Source of the DNA: a virus
Direction: 5' to 3' (one strand)
IMG/VR virus record: IMGVR_UViG_3300015241_000015
Span: 17,926 to 81,925 of that record
DNA length: 64,000 nt
Under the pieces are notes generated by a model. The model saw only the letters and a program-made list of their open reading frames with translations, ran no database searches and was not told the origin of the DNA. Positions 50,809 through 60,418 of the stretch are shown here, piece after piece (within the stretch, counting starts at the first letter, position 1; each line of letters opens with the position of its first letter). The translations under genes and the position numbers were made by a program.

Positions 50809-52634
50809 ACATGGACTTACGCTTTCCAGAAATTACCCCGCGCTTTGGGGATGCACTCAAAGGCGGCGACCCCGAATGGGCGCCGGGCTACGAGACTTCT
50901 ATCCGGGAATTCTGCGGCAACGCCCGCGAAGAAGCCGAACTCGACCGCAAGTCGTGTGACGAACTGAAGGCTATTGGAAGTTACATAGACTACGTGGAAG
51001 GGCGGCAATGGAAAGGCCAGCGCCCCGCCTACAAGTCGAAGCCGGTGAATCCCAAGGTCGGAGAAAACTTCTGGGAGATGGTTGGCCTGCTGACCGACAT
51101 CAAGCCCATTATGGCGGTGAAATCGGAGAACCCCGACAAGGGCTACCAGGAAGCCGCGTTGATTCTCAATAAAGGCATACGAGCGTGGTCTTACAAAACC
51201 CGCTACGATCAGCGGCTGGCGTTGAACGTCGCCTATGGAATCCTGACCAGTTCGTTTTGTAAGTGGCAATTCAATCCCGACCTGGCCCACGGGGCCGGGG
51301 ATCTAGAAGCCCTGCCCATGGGACCAAACGATCTGCTTCTACTTAAGCCCCAGGTGGAAGACCCCGTACAAACCTCGCTGTGCGTGATTCGCGAGCAGGT
51401 AGTGGATATGGGCTGGCTGAAGCGCAAATATCCCACCAGGGGCCACCTAGTGCGGCCAGACGCCAAATATTCAAGCTATTCAGCCCAGGTAGAGGCCCCC
51501 GCCCGCGTGCCTAGCATGTTGTGGGACATGATGAACGATGGTATGAAGCGGGTCATAGGCGGGCAGCCCCAGGTCAAGAGCAGTGCCTTCCCTAGCGTCA
51601 TGCAGCAGGAATTCTGGTTCCGCGATTATTCAACCAATACCGCGAATGTCCCGGTCACCATGGGAAAGTACTTCTGGAAGTATGTGGTGAATCCGGGTGG
51701 AATGCTTTACCCCCGCGGGCGTGTGGTAGTGCGGGCCGGGGATATCACCATGGACGATCAGGCATCGCCCTACTTTCACGGCAAATACCCGTTCACCATG
51801 CTGAGATTGAACGTAGTCCCCTGGTCGATCTACGGACTCTCCGAGGTCAAGAACTGGATCTCATTGCAGGACATCCTGAACCAGATCCTGGCTGGGATCA
51901 TCGACATGATCAAGCGGGCCGTGAACCCCGGATTCTTTGCTCCGCGCAATGCGTTTACTGAACAGGTGTGGAACACGTTAGATTTCTCAAAGCCGGGCGA
52001 GCGCGCCGCTTACAGTCCTGTGGCTACCCACGAGCCAAAGTTCGCTCCAGCCCCCGTGCTGCCAGGCTACGTGATGCAGACCTACCAGATGATCGAGCGG
52101 TCGCTTGACCAGATGTCAGGGAAATCGGCGGCCAACCAGATGATGGGCAAGAAGCAGATCCCGGGCGCCGACGGTATCGAAGCCATCCAGATGATGCGCA
52201 CCACGCCCATCCGCCTGAAATCCAAAAACATCGAAGGCTTCATGGAGGATGGCGGGAACATGATGGTGTCGAACATGATCCAGTTCTACAACTCCAAACG
52301 CCGCATGTCGCTATGGGGCAGGGCTGGAACTACTTCTGCCGACTTCGATTGGGATCCCGGCACTATGATCCCGGCTGGGGTAAAGCCCGAGGAATTTATC
52401 CGGGCGCTCAACTATCACGTCAAGCCCGGGTCGTTGTTGCAGAGTGAGAAGCGGTCGAAGATCCAGGATGCAATGAATCTGCGGCGGGGTGGAGACTTGG
52501 ATCGGCGCAGCCTGTTCAGGATCATCGACGAGGAAGGCTTGGATGTCGAAGAGGTAGAGGGCAACTTGAAGCGGGAGGTGGAGCAGAAAATTGCCGCCAT
52601 GCCGCAGAAAGGGCCGAAGGGCAAACCCAAATGA
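50799..52634 (+). CDS. Portal protein
   Basis: 611 aa, after TerL; YVEGRQW, KYPFTML..NVVPWSIYGLSEV..LQDILN pattern of P22-like portals. Confidence 0.85.
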   Translation: MGLDMDLRFPEITPRFGDALKGGDPEWAPGYETSIREFCGNAREEAELDRKSCDELKAIGSYIDYVEGRQWKGQRPAYKSKPVNPKVGENFWEMVGLLTDIKPIMAVKSENPDKGYQEAALILNKGIRAWSYKTRYDQRLALNVAYGILTSSFCKWQFNPDLAHGAGDLEALPMGPNDLLLLKPQVEDPVQTSLCVIREQVVDMGWLKRKYPTRGHLVRPDAKYSSYSAQVEAPARVPSMLWDMMNDGMKRVIGGQPQVKSSAFPSVMQQEFWFRDYSTNTANVPVTMGKYFWKYVVNPGGMLYPRGRVVVRAGDITMDDQASPYFHGKYPFTMLRLNVVPWSIYGLSEVKNWISLQDILNQILAGIIDMIKRAVNPGFFAPRNAFTEQVWNTLDFSKPGERAAYSPVATHEPKFAPAPVLPGYVMQTYQMIERSLDQMSGKSAANQMMGKKQIPGADGIEAIQMMRTTPIRLKSKNIEGFMEDGGNMMVSNMIQFYNSKRRMSLWGRAGTTSADFDWDPGTMIPAGVKPEEFIRALNYHVKPGSLLQSEKRSKIQDAMNLRRGGDLDRRSLFRIIDEEGLDVEEVEGNLKREVEQKIAAMPQKGPKGKPK

Positions 52635-52854
52635 GCGCCGTTTTTAAAGACACCCCGATGCTGCGTGAACATGTGCTGCTATCGCCGGAAGGCCGGGTGG
52701 TGCGGATTCCCGAGTTCATATTCAAGGCTCTGATGGAGTTTGTGGACAACAAGCATACTGGTTCGGTCGAGGTACATTTCAAAGACGGGGGCTTCTCGGC
52801 GGCGGAATGCTGCTATCGGAGAAGCTATCGTAACGGCAAAGGCGAAGCTTAGAG

Positions 52855-53169
52855 ATGTATAATGTTCGACAGGGAGAGCCAATCATGACTGACGAACAAT
52901 TGAACCAAAAGTTCGACAAGATCGACCGGAAGGTTGACGAAAAGTTCGAGAGCCTGCTGGAATTTATGGTCCAGTCGAATAAACAGATACGCGAGTCGAT
53001 CCACGATATGGAGACCAAACTTTTGACCGCCTTCCACTCCTACGCCGAGGGCGTATCGATAAGATTTAAAGAGGTCGAGCATAAGATAAAAGTTACAGAT
53101 ACTCTCTCCCAGCGTATAGATGTGCTTGAACGCCGGGTGCTCAACCTGGAAACCAAGCGGACTGGATAG
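52855..53169 (+). CDS. Small coiled-coil protein
   Basis: IHDMETKLLTAFHSYA...LERRVLNLE. Confidence 0.6.
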   Translation: MYNVRQGEPIMTDEQLNQKFDKIDRKVDEKFESLLEFMVQSNKQIRESIHDMETKLLTAFHSYAEGVSIRFKEVEHKIKVTDTLSQRIDVLERRVLNLETKRTG

Positions 53170-53318
53170 CGTCCTGGTCTTGGAATGTGCATTAGGAAAC
53201 TGAAATGAATATTTTCCTGTTGACAGAGTTTGACACTTAGTCTTATATGTGAATATTGGTTTGATTGGTCTGATCTAGAGGTTGCCGTTCTCGCATACGG
53301 CTGTAACCTCAAAAAGAT

Positions 53319-53359
53319 GGCCTGAAGGGTGTGGAAGCCTTTCAGGCCCTTTTTATTTT
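53319..53359 (+). terminator. Intrinsic terminator
   Basis: GGCCTGAAGGG-loop-CCTTTCAGGCC-CTTTTTATTTT. Confidence 0.75.
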
Positions 53360-53369
53360 GGGAGCAGAA

Positions 53370-53540
53370 ATGCCGCTCGAACCAGGATCATCGCGAGAGA
53401 CAATCAGCCGAAACATCTCGCGGGAAGTCCACCAAGGGAAGCGGCCACAGAAACAGGCTGTGGCAATGGCTCTTGAAAATGCGCGTAGGACTGGGAAGAA
53501 AAAGAAAGGCCGGAGCGCCAAGAGAACCGGTCGATCTTAA
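53370..53540 (+). CDS. Small basic head-region protein
   Basis: MPLEPGSSRETISRNISREVHQGKRPQKQAVAMALENARR. Confidence 0.7.
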   Translation: MPLEPGSSRETISRNISREVHQGKRPQKQAVAMALENARRTGKKKKGRSAKRTGRS

Positions 53541-53626
53541 AAGAGTTTGAAGTGTAGGGCCATGGTGGAGGCCATGGTTAAAAAAACCCGCGCCTTTATA
53601 TCTCGGGCGGAGAAAGGAGACACGAC

Positions 53627-53683
53627 ATGATTAACTTTGAAGTTAAGAATCGCCGGAAGAAAGGCCGTCACGGCAAACGGTAG
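53627..53683 (+). CDS. 18-aa basic micro-peptide
   Basis: AGAAAGGAGA RBS; MINFEVKNRRKKGRHGKR. Confidence 0.55.
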   Translation: MINFEVKNRRKKGRHGKR

Positions 53684-53764
53684 TTTAATTAAGCGAGACC
53701 GGGCTGGAGATTTCTAGAATCGATATCTACCAGCCCGGCGCTTAAAGAACCAGGAGACAAGAAA

Positions 53765-53941
53765 ATGGCCAAGGCCACAGCGAAAGTCGACAGAACCTCC
53801 AAAGAGGGTCATGGTGAAGATGGACCGGTTCCTAGCGTAAGCAAGGGAACCTACGTTGCAATAGGGACCGCCGTATCTCTTAGCAACACCGCCACCAGCG
53901 TCAACAAAAAGAGCGGCACTGAACAAAGCGATCAGTGGTAA
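53765..53941 (+). CDS. 58-aa hypothetical protein
   Basis: CAGGAG RBS; MAKATAKVDRTSKEGHG. Confidence 0.55.
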   Translation: MAKATAKVDRTSKEGHGEDGPVPSVSKGTYVAIGTAVSLSNTATSVNKKSGTEQSDQW

Positions 53942-53950
53942 GGAACTATT

Positions 53951-54382
53951 TTGCCATCAGCACAAATGGATGAAACGCCGGCCCTTCCACCGGGTGTATC
54001 AGGTCAGATGGGCGCCGCGCCAGAGAAGACTCCTTTTGGGGGAATAGGCGCGATGATGGCCAAGAAGCCATCGGGTGGCCCACCACCACCCGGAGCCGGT
54101 GGCGCCGATCCGGTAGCGGGATTCAAATCGGCCGCCGAAGCGGTTACCAAGGTCATCGACAACATGGCGACCATGGATCAGGAAGGCGCTCAGTTCGCAG
54201 CGCGAATCAAGCAAATGTTAATGAGTTGGTCGAGTGAGGCAGTGCGCCGCGGTATTAAGGGTGGCGGAGCTGGGCCAGCGGGTCCACCTCCAGGTCCAGG
54301 GGGCCCGGGCGGTCCACCACCGGCAGGCTCGGGACCGGGTGGTACGCCGGCTGACACTGCGCCTAAGGATTTTGTTGGGTAG
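53951..54382 (+). CDS. Pro/Gly-rich head-region protein
   Basis: Low-complexity ORF typical of the region between portal and scaffold. Confidence 0.65.
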   Translation: MPSAQMDETPALPPGVSGQMGAAPEKTPFGGIGAMMAKKPSGGPPPPGAGGADPVAGFKSAAEAVTKVIDNMATMDQEGAQFAARIKQMLMSWSSEAVRRGIKGGGAGPAGPPPGPGGPGGPPPAGSGPGGTPADTAPKDFVG

Positions 54383-54444
54383 TTACTCCGAAACGTTAGC
54401 GTGAACCCTAAAAAGGAAACGCGGCGAAGGAAGGTAAGAGAGCG

Positions 54445-55335
54445 ATGGCGATAGCAAAGAATCTCGAAGAGTTACTGAAGCACATGGATCCAACGGCGGC
54501 AGAATCGCAGCGCAAGTTTTGGGACGCAAACCCAGCGATCGCCGAGACGGTAGACCGTATGACAGTGCCTCAGGCGGAATTCAGCCGGCAACTGAATGCT
54601 AAAGAAGAGCGCGCCAAAGCGGCAGAGAAGTTTTCAGCAGAGTGGAAGAGTTGGTCAGATAAGAATGTCCCAATCCATAAACGGGCGATTGAAGATATCG
54701 ACCGGCTGGAGCAGGAAAAGGCCGATCTGACCCGGCAGGTACAAGAGGCATCGTCACGCACATCGAGTAGCACTGGCATCGATGTAGATGAAGACAAGCT
54801 CATGGATAACGTGTTGCGGAAGATTGAAGGGCGAACGGTGAGTCCCGACAAACTGGCGGAACTGGTTCAGGCCGAGGCCAGCAAACTGGCGGCCAAGACT
54901 AACGAACTGGTACAGGCGGCGCGTAAAGACTTTCTCGAAAACACCTTCCCGGCCACCACCAATTTCCAAGCCGATCTTCTCGAAGTCATGCAGGACTACA
55001 AAGACGAGTTTGGCAAGAAACTGCCCCGCAAAGAGTTTTCAGAGTTCATGCAGGAAAAGGGGATTTTCAGTCCACGCGAGGCGTTTGATCGCTTCACGGA
55101 TACCTCCCGCCGCGAGCGGGAAGTAAAGACTGAAGTAGAGAAGAGGGTCCAGGAAGAGTTGGGGAAACGGAACCTGCCGGGCGTAACGCCGGGGCAGAAC
55201 GTGTCCAGCGATATTGGGCCGCTGCAATTAAGAATTGCCGGTGAAGCCCCGAAGTTTCCGGATAACTCCGAGTTGGGAGACCGCACGGCGGCCTCGATGG
55301 CCGCGAATGAGATGCGGAAAGAAGGATTGTTCTAA
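54445..55335 (+). CDS. Capsid scaffolding protein
   Basis: Charged coiled-coil protein directly upstream of the major capsid gene. Confidence 0.7.
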   Translation: MAIAKNLEELLKHMDPTAAESQRKFWDANPAIAETVDRMTVPQAEFSRQLNAKEERAKAAEKFSAEWKSWSDKNVPIHKRAIEDIDRLEQEKADLTRQVQEASSRTSSSTGIDVDEDKLMDNVLRKIEGRTVSPDKLAELVQAEASKLAAKTNELVQAARKDFLENTFPATTNFQADLLEVMQDYKDEFGKKLPRKEFSEFMQEKGIFSPREAFDRFTDTSRREREVKTEVEKRVQEELGKRNLPGVTPGQNVSSDIGPLQLRIAGEAPKFPDNSELGDRTAASMAANEMRKEGLF

Positions 55336-55487
55336 GAGTAACTGCCACGGAAGGCCGCTAGGCCGAAGCCAACAGCAGCGATACAGCCGTCAACCGGAAG
55401 CCAACCTTGGCGAAGCCGGAATGAGCGGATCAAAGCAAGAGCAAGAAAAATTGTATCTCTGCCCACTAAGGGCGTAAGGAATTTCCG

Positions 55488-56453
55488 ATGGCGCTTACAT
55501 GGCTTGATGTAACTTCGAAGACCAATAAATTCATCATCCCCAGGATGATCGATTCGATCTATAAGAACTCTCCACTGTTCACGCGGCTGCGCACCAAGCA
55601 CATGGAGCAGTTCACGGGCGGCACTTCCATTCGGCATCCAATAGCCTATGCGCGCCTCAAGGGTGGAGCCTTCACTCGTGGTGGATCGTTTGATACCTCT
55701 TACGTTCAGACCGACACGGCGCTGGAAGTTCTGGTCAAAGCCTACTACGTCAACATCACTTTGTTCGGCCTTGATGCGGTATTGAACCGTGGTCCGGAAG
55801 CCGTGATGTCGACGGTCGAGACCAAGATGGCGAACGCCGGTGGCCGTATGGCGGAGTTGCTAGGGACCGACGCTTTCCTGGACGGCCAGGGCACGGACTC
55901 TTCGGCGATTCAGTTGGACGGACTCGAAGCCTCAATCGACGATGGCACCAACTTCGCGTCTTACGGTGGCATAACCCGTGCGGATATCGCCTCGGGCGCG
56001 AACGTGGGGATCAACGCCTACTTGAAGACCATGGCTGGTTCGTTGGCCTTGGCCGATGTGCAGACCGCCTATGGCGCGACTTGGTTTGGGCATGAGCACA
56101 CCGATCTGATCATCTTGACCCAGGCTATCTGGGATATTTTCTGGTCGAAACTGCAACCTCAGCAACGCTTCTTGGAGGCCGAGAAGGACATTGTTGAGGC
56201 CGGGTTCCAGGCGATTCGCTTCAATGGCGCCTCGCTTACTGTCGATCAATATGCGCCGGCTGGCAAGATGTGGTTCCTGAACACCAAGTACATCCAGTTC
56301 TGGATCACGACCTTGGCCAAGTACCAGTTTGGGTTTACCGGCTGGAAAGAAGCGCAGATGAACGACGATGTTTCCGGGCAGTACTTGTTTGCTGGAAATC
56401 TGTTGAATGTGGCGCCTCGCTTGATGGGGCAGATCAAGAGCATCACGTCCTAG
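55488..56453 (+). CDS. Major capsid protein (HK97 fold)
   Basis: 321 aa; DSIYKNSPLFTRL, FTGGTSIRHPI, LDGLEASID, YGGITR, GFQAIRFNG, WFLNTKY. Confidence 0.88.
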   Translation: MALTWLDVTSKTNKFIIPRMIDSIYKNSPLFTRLRTKHMEQFTGGTSIRHPIAYARLKGGAFTRGGSFDTSYVQTDTALEVLVKAYYVNITLFGLDAVLNRGPEAVMSTVETKMANAGGRMAELLGTDAFLDGQGTDSSAIQLDGLEASIDDGTNFASYGGITRADIASGANVGINAYLKTMAGSLALADVQTAYGATWFGHEHTDLIILTQAIWDIFWSKLQPQQRFLEAEKDIVEAGFQAIRFNGASLTVDQYAPAGKMWFLNTKYIQFWITTLAKYQFGFTGWKEAQMNDDVSGQYLFAGNLLNVAPRLMGQIKSITS

Positions 56454-56534
56454 TTGCCTGGCTTATGAGGGGGGCGTTTGAGTAATCGGGCGCCCACCAT
56501 GAGAAGCACGCGGTAGAAGTTAAGGAGAAAATCG

Positions 56535-57143
56535 ATGGCGCAGTTTAATCCGACCAATCAAACAATCCAGGTTACGACCGGCAACGTGCGGACCACGGTG
56601 GACTACCCCAATACTTCCCTGGGGCAGCCGCAGCCATATCCGAGTGTGGTATTCCCCAACTACTTGGGATCGACCTTCTGGGATAACGCCATCAGTACGG
56701 CCAATCCCTACGGGCAGCCGACCAAGTACCGGTATTTGAAATATCTAAGCACGTCCAATCCAACGCTGCTCGCGACCCCGGCGCCGGTGTGGTACACGGA
56801 TGCGACCATGACCATTGTGACGGGCAAGTTCAGCGAGTCGGCTGGTGGTGTGTCGTTCTTTGCCGGGATCATGATGCCGAACACGGGCGACCTGAGCGGG
56901 TTGACGGCGGCTTTGTTGAACGCCAACAGCGGCGCGGCAGTATGGGTGGCGGTAGGCGGGATTGTAACCGGTGTGGCGTCGGCGGCAACGACTGCGGGCG
57001 ACATGCTGTATGCGAACGTCGATTGGACCACCACGGGCGGATTGGCCAGGGTAGCGGCTGGTGGCACGCCGTTGGGCAAGACCAGCGCTTATGCCTACGC
57101 GGCCTCGGCTGGGACCGTCTACGTTAACGCAGAGTCTCTCTAA
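56535..57143 (+). CDS. Capsid decoration/cement protein
   Basis: Thr/Ala/Gly-rich beta protein directly after the capsid gene. Confidence 0.6.
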   Translation: MAQFNPTNQTIQVTTGNVRTTVDYPNTSLGQPQPYPSVVFPNYLGSTFWDNAISTANPYGQPTKYRYLKYLSTSNPTLLATPAPVWYTDATMTIVTGKFSESAGGVSFFAGIMMPNTGDLSGLTAALLNANSGAAVWVAVGGIVTGVASAATTAGDMLYANVDWTTTGGLARVAAGGTPLGKTSAYAYAASAGTVYVNAESL

Positions 57144-57155
57144 GGAGCAAGTTCG

Positions 57156-57506
57156 ATGGCAGGATTCAATGCGGTATATGCGGGGCTAGGCGACAACAAG
57201 ACCGACTATTTGGGCTCGATTCCGGTGGCCATGTTCACCATCACGTTTGGGGCGTCGGACACGTATCTCACCGGCGGGCTGGCGCTGACGGCGGCTCTTT
57301 TTGGACTCTCGCGGCCGATTGCTGGAATCATTGTCGTCGGGCAAAATACGGCGGCTGGTGGCCAGGACTGGGCCTGGAATACGCAAACGCTGAAACTCCA
57401 GGCGTTTCAAAGCACTACGGGCGCGCCGGCGGCGTTGGTGGAATTGGCGAATACTACAACGATTGCCAACTTTGCGTTAACGGTGTTGGTGATTGCTCAG
57501 CGTTGA
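57156..57506 (+). CDS. Virion structural protein
   Basis: DTYLTGGLAL...KLQAF...ELAN pattern, late operon. Confidence 0.6.
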   Translation: MAGFNAVYAGLGDNKTDYLGSIPVAMFTITFGASDTYLTGGLALTAALFGLSRPIAGIIVVGQNTAAGGQDWAWNTQTLKLQAFQSTTGAPAALVELANTTTIANFALTVLVIAQR

Positions 57507-57594
57507 CCGAAGCGAACGCAAGAAAAGCAGTTTCAAAAATGGGCATGGCCGGGTATATCAACTGCCCGGCCATTCGTTCTTAGAGGAGGCAAAA

Positions 57595-57786
57595 ATGTCG
57601 AAAGCTAAAACACCCGAGGCGGTTCCACCAGAGAAGGACAAGGGGCCCGGGCCAGTGAAGGAAAAGATGGATTCCTATCGTAAGGGCGGAAAGGTACGCA
57701 AGAGCGGCAAGGCCCGTCTGCATAAGGGTGAGGTAGTCGAGCCACCTACGAAATCTAAACGTGGCCGCAAGGGCGGGAGGGAGTAA
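57595..57786 (+). CDS. Small basic protein, paralog 1
   Basis: MDSYRKGGKVRKSGKARLHKGEVV. Confidence 0.65.
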   Translation: MSKAKTPEAVPPEKDKGPGPVKEKMDSYRKGGKVRKSGKARLHKGEVVEPPTKSKRGRKGGRE

Positions 57787-57789
57787 GCC

Positions 57790-58056
57790 ATGGCTGATGA
57801 CGATGACAGCAAACCAGAAAAAAGCAAGACCAGCAAGGCACTGACGGGCGCCGCCAAGGGATACTCGGCCGCCGCGCAGCCACCGCCCGAGCGGGTTTCG
57901 ACGGAGCGTGACAGTGGCTCTGGGCCAGTCAAGGTGCAGATGGATTCTTACCGCAAGGGTGGCAAGGTAAGAAAAACTGGCAAAGCCCGATTACATAAAG
58001 GCGAGGTAGTAGTCGGGAAACGGAGCAAGAAGGCGCGCAAGGGTGGCCGTGAGTAA
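57790..58056 (+). CDS. Small basic protein, paralog 2
   Basis: MDSYRKGGKVRKTGKARLHKGEVV. Confidence 0.65.
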   Translation: MADDDDSKPEKSKTSKALTGAAKGYSAAAQPPPERVSTERDSGSGPVKVQMDSYRKGGKVRKTGKARLHKGEVVVGKRSKKARKGGRE

Positions 58057-58304
58057 GCAAGACTGGAAGCCCGAGAGACCGGAGAAGTCCAATTCCTGGA
58101 AGGTTCCAGAGACGGGCGTCTACTCGGTAAAGCGCGGGGCTCAGGTTATCCCGGCGGAGCGAGTCAGCAGCGGGGGATTTGGGTCCAGGGGATCCTTTGG
58201 ACGGAGCCGGCCTCTTGGTCCAAGAAAGCCCAAGGCGCCGAGACGGCCGCATGTTCATGTTCGTAGACCCAAGGGCCCGCGGCGTGTAGGTAGGAGAAGA
58301 TAAG

Positions 58305-59279
58305 TTGCCAGTTGGACCATCCATTGCGACGTCGATCCCGAATCAGGTGAACCAAAGCCAAGCGGCCAGTACTACGCAATATGGCTTGGGCAAAATGATT
58401 GGGCAGGTGATGCAGTGGAATCCGGATGTTCCGCCCACCATGGTGAAGAGTTGGATCAATGAAGCCTATCGGGATGTGATTGACCGGAGACGCTGGGCGG
58501 GGTTGAAGGTTCGGGGGCAGTTGATTACGCCCAATCTGACCACGGCGGGAACGATTTCAATCAATCAGGGCGACACGGTGGTAAACGGTACAGGAACGGC
58601 CTGGACCCAGGACTTAGTGGGCCAGCAGTTGCGGTCGGGATTCAGTACCGGGTTCTTCAATATCCAATCGGTCCAGAGCGCCACACAATTGACCCTGGAC
58701 ATGCCTTGGGGGAATCCGACCATAGTTACCGCTGGATACTCCATCTTCTACACCTGGGTCAACCTGGGGCCAAATATCAAGGTCATACACACCATGGTGA
58801 ACCAGCGTCAGGGGTATCGGATGATCACTGGCATCCCGCAGGAATTCTTGAATCGCCGGGATACCTGGAGGACGGCTACGGGGTGGAGTTGGGGGATTAG
58901 CCCCAAGGAACTAAGCTTCAACGGCTCGCCGCTGTTCGAGATTTACCCGGCGCCAACGTTTCAGCAATGCTTCCCCTACTTGGCCTACATTCAGCCGCCC
59001 GACCTGAATGGCGATCAAGACTACCCGGTGGCGTTCATCGCGTCCGATCTCTTGGTGTTGAGGCCGATCGCCAATGCTCTGGTCTTTCGTGGGCCGAAAC
59101 TGAATCCCTACTACGATCCGACCACGGCTAGCGGGAAACTGCGGGAGTTTGGATCGCGCATTGAGACCATGACCAATGCCGATGACGCGATGGATCCTAA
59201 AGATCTCCAATACGACGATTTCCCCATGGCGAATCCAGGGGCTAGCTGGGCGCAAAATCACGACGAAGGCGGATGGTAA
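58305..59279 (+). CDS. Head-tail adaptor protein with inserted beta domain
   Basis: WINEAYRDVIDRRRW; GTISINQGDTVVNGTGTAWT; EIYPAP. Confidence 0.7.
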   Translation: MPVGPSIATSIPNQVNQSQAASTTQYGLGKMIGQVMQWNPDVPPTMVKSWINEAYRDVIDRRRWAGLKVRGQLITPNLTTAGTISINQGDTVVNGTGTAWTQDLVGQQLRSGFSTGFFNIQSVQSATQLTLDMPWGNPTIVTAGYSIFYTWVNLGPNIKVIHTMVNQRQGYRMITGIPQEFLNRRDTWRTATGWSWGISPKELSFNGSPLFEIYPAPTFQQCFPYLAYIQPPDLNGDQDYPVAFIASDLLVLRPIANALVFRGPKLNPYYDPTTASGKLREFGSRIETMTNADDAMDPKDLQYDDFPMANPGASWAQNHDEGGW

Positions 59280-59860
59280 GAATGAATCGCGAAGTAACAA
59301 CGTGTATCCGGTGTGGGCAGACAGGCGGGATGTTCCGCTACACCACCCGTGGGTATGTTCATCACAACTGCGGGAAGCTAGGGGCGCAGACTATGAACTT
59401 TGCTAAGAACAATTTCAGGTTTGACTCGATGCACATTTCCGATAACCCCAACATGGGGCCGGTCGAGGTCAACTCTCTGCATCATCTGCGGCAACTGGAG
59501 CGGGAGCACGGCGTGATTTCAGTGTTGGCCAACTACGATCGCCAGGATGAGCCTTTACCGGGCGGTAAGCCCAATCAATTTCAGGATCGGAGGTAAGCGA
59601 TGGCGAAGCGAGAAAAAGGGAAGCCCGCGGGCAAGGACATCAAGACGGAAGCGATGCGCTATCCCTGTGAATCGTTGAACGGCATGGGTAGCACGGCGAT
59701 CCCTTTGCAGAACAAGCCCATTGGGCCGTTTGGGAAACTGATCACCAATCACCGTGAGACGACTGAAGCTCCCATGATCCCGCGACCGGGGCGGTGGCTG
59801 GGTGGGCCGGCATTCTGTTGGCCAATGAGCCGGGCCGACGATCAAAAACGAGGCAAATAA

Positions 59861-60418
59861 ATGGCGACCAGAGCCTATAAATACTTCTCGATTACCACCA
59901 CCAACGTGGCTCAGCCCATGGTGGGAACGACTATCTCGGCGGCGGTCGGGACATCGGATCGGCCGCAGAACATCGCGGTGGCCGACAGCACCATCTTCGA
60001 TCAGGGAACGTGGCTGATCATCGATACCGGTTCCAGCGAAGAGCGGATGATGATCACGAAGATTCCCGACTCGACCCATGTCACGGTGCAGATTCCCGGG
60101 GGGATACTGGCGCCGACCGGTTGTCAGAAGGCCCACGCTTCGGGGGTGGCGATTCGGCCTTCGCGCATGGCTTCGCACTTGTTTATCCAAGCCTTGGATG
60201 GCAACGCCCAGGCGTTGTTCATAGGAGACGATGTATCGGCCAAGATCGACGGAACCCGGTGTATCGCCAAGATCCCGGCAGTGTTTGCGGGGGGCGTACC
60301 GGGCACTTACGTGGAAAACTTTTCAAGCAGCGCTGGCCCGAACACCCTAGACATGGCGCAATTTTGGATAGTGGGAACCATAGGCGATCAGTACTTGCCA
60401 AGCATTGGGGTGGTGTAA
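59861..60418 (+). CDS. Virion structural protein
   Basis: Beta-rich, IAVADSTIF...IIDTGSSEE; late operon. Confidence 0.6.
   Translation: MATRAYKYFSITTTNVAQPMVGTTISAAVGTSDRPQNIAVADSTIFDQGTWLIIDTGSSEERMMITKIPDSTHVTVQIPGGILAPTGCQKAHASGVAIRPSRMASHLFIQALDGNAQALFIGDDVSAKIDGTRCIAKIPAVFAGGVPGTYVENFSSSAGPNTLDMAQFWIVGTIGDQYLPSIGVV

Noticed and set aside
53759-53771. 13-nt match (AAGAAAATGGCCA) between the spacer at 43502 and the start region of ORF 53765
   Set aside because: With about 40 spacers and 128 kb of both-strand sequence, one such hit has roughly a 5-10% chance; no second self-match found by eye. Revisit once a TAM is known
60010-60417. 958-aa start for the tail protein
   Set aside because: Extension overlaps gene 59861-60418 out of frame; coupled ATG at 60418 gives a clean signal peptide
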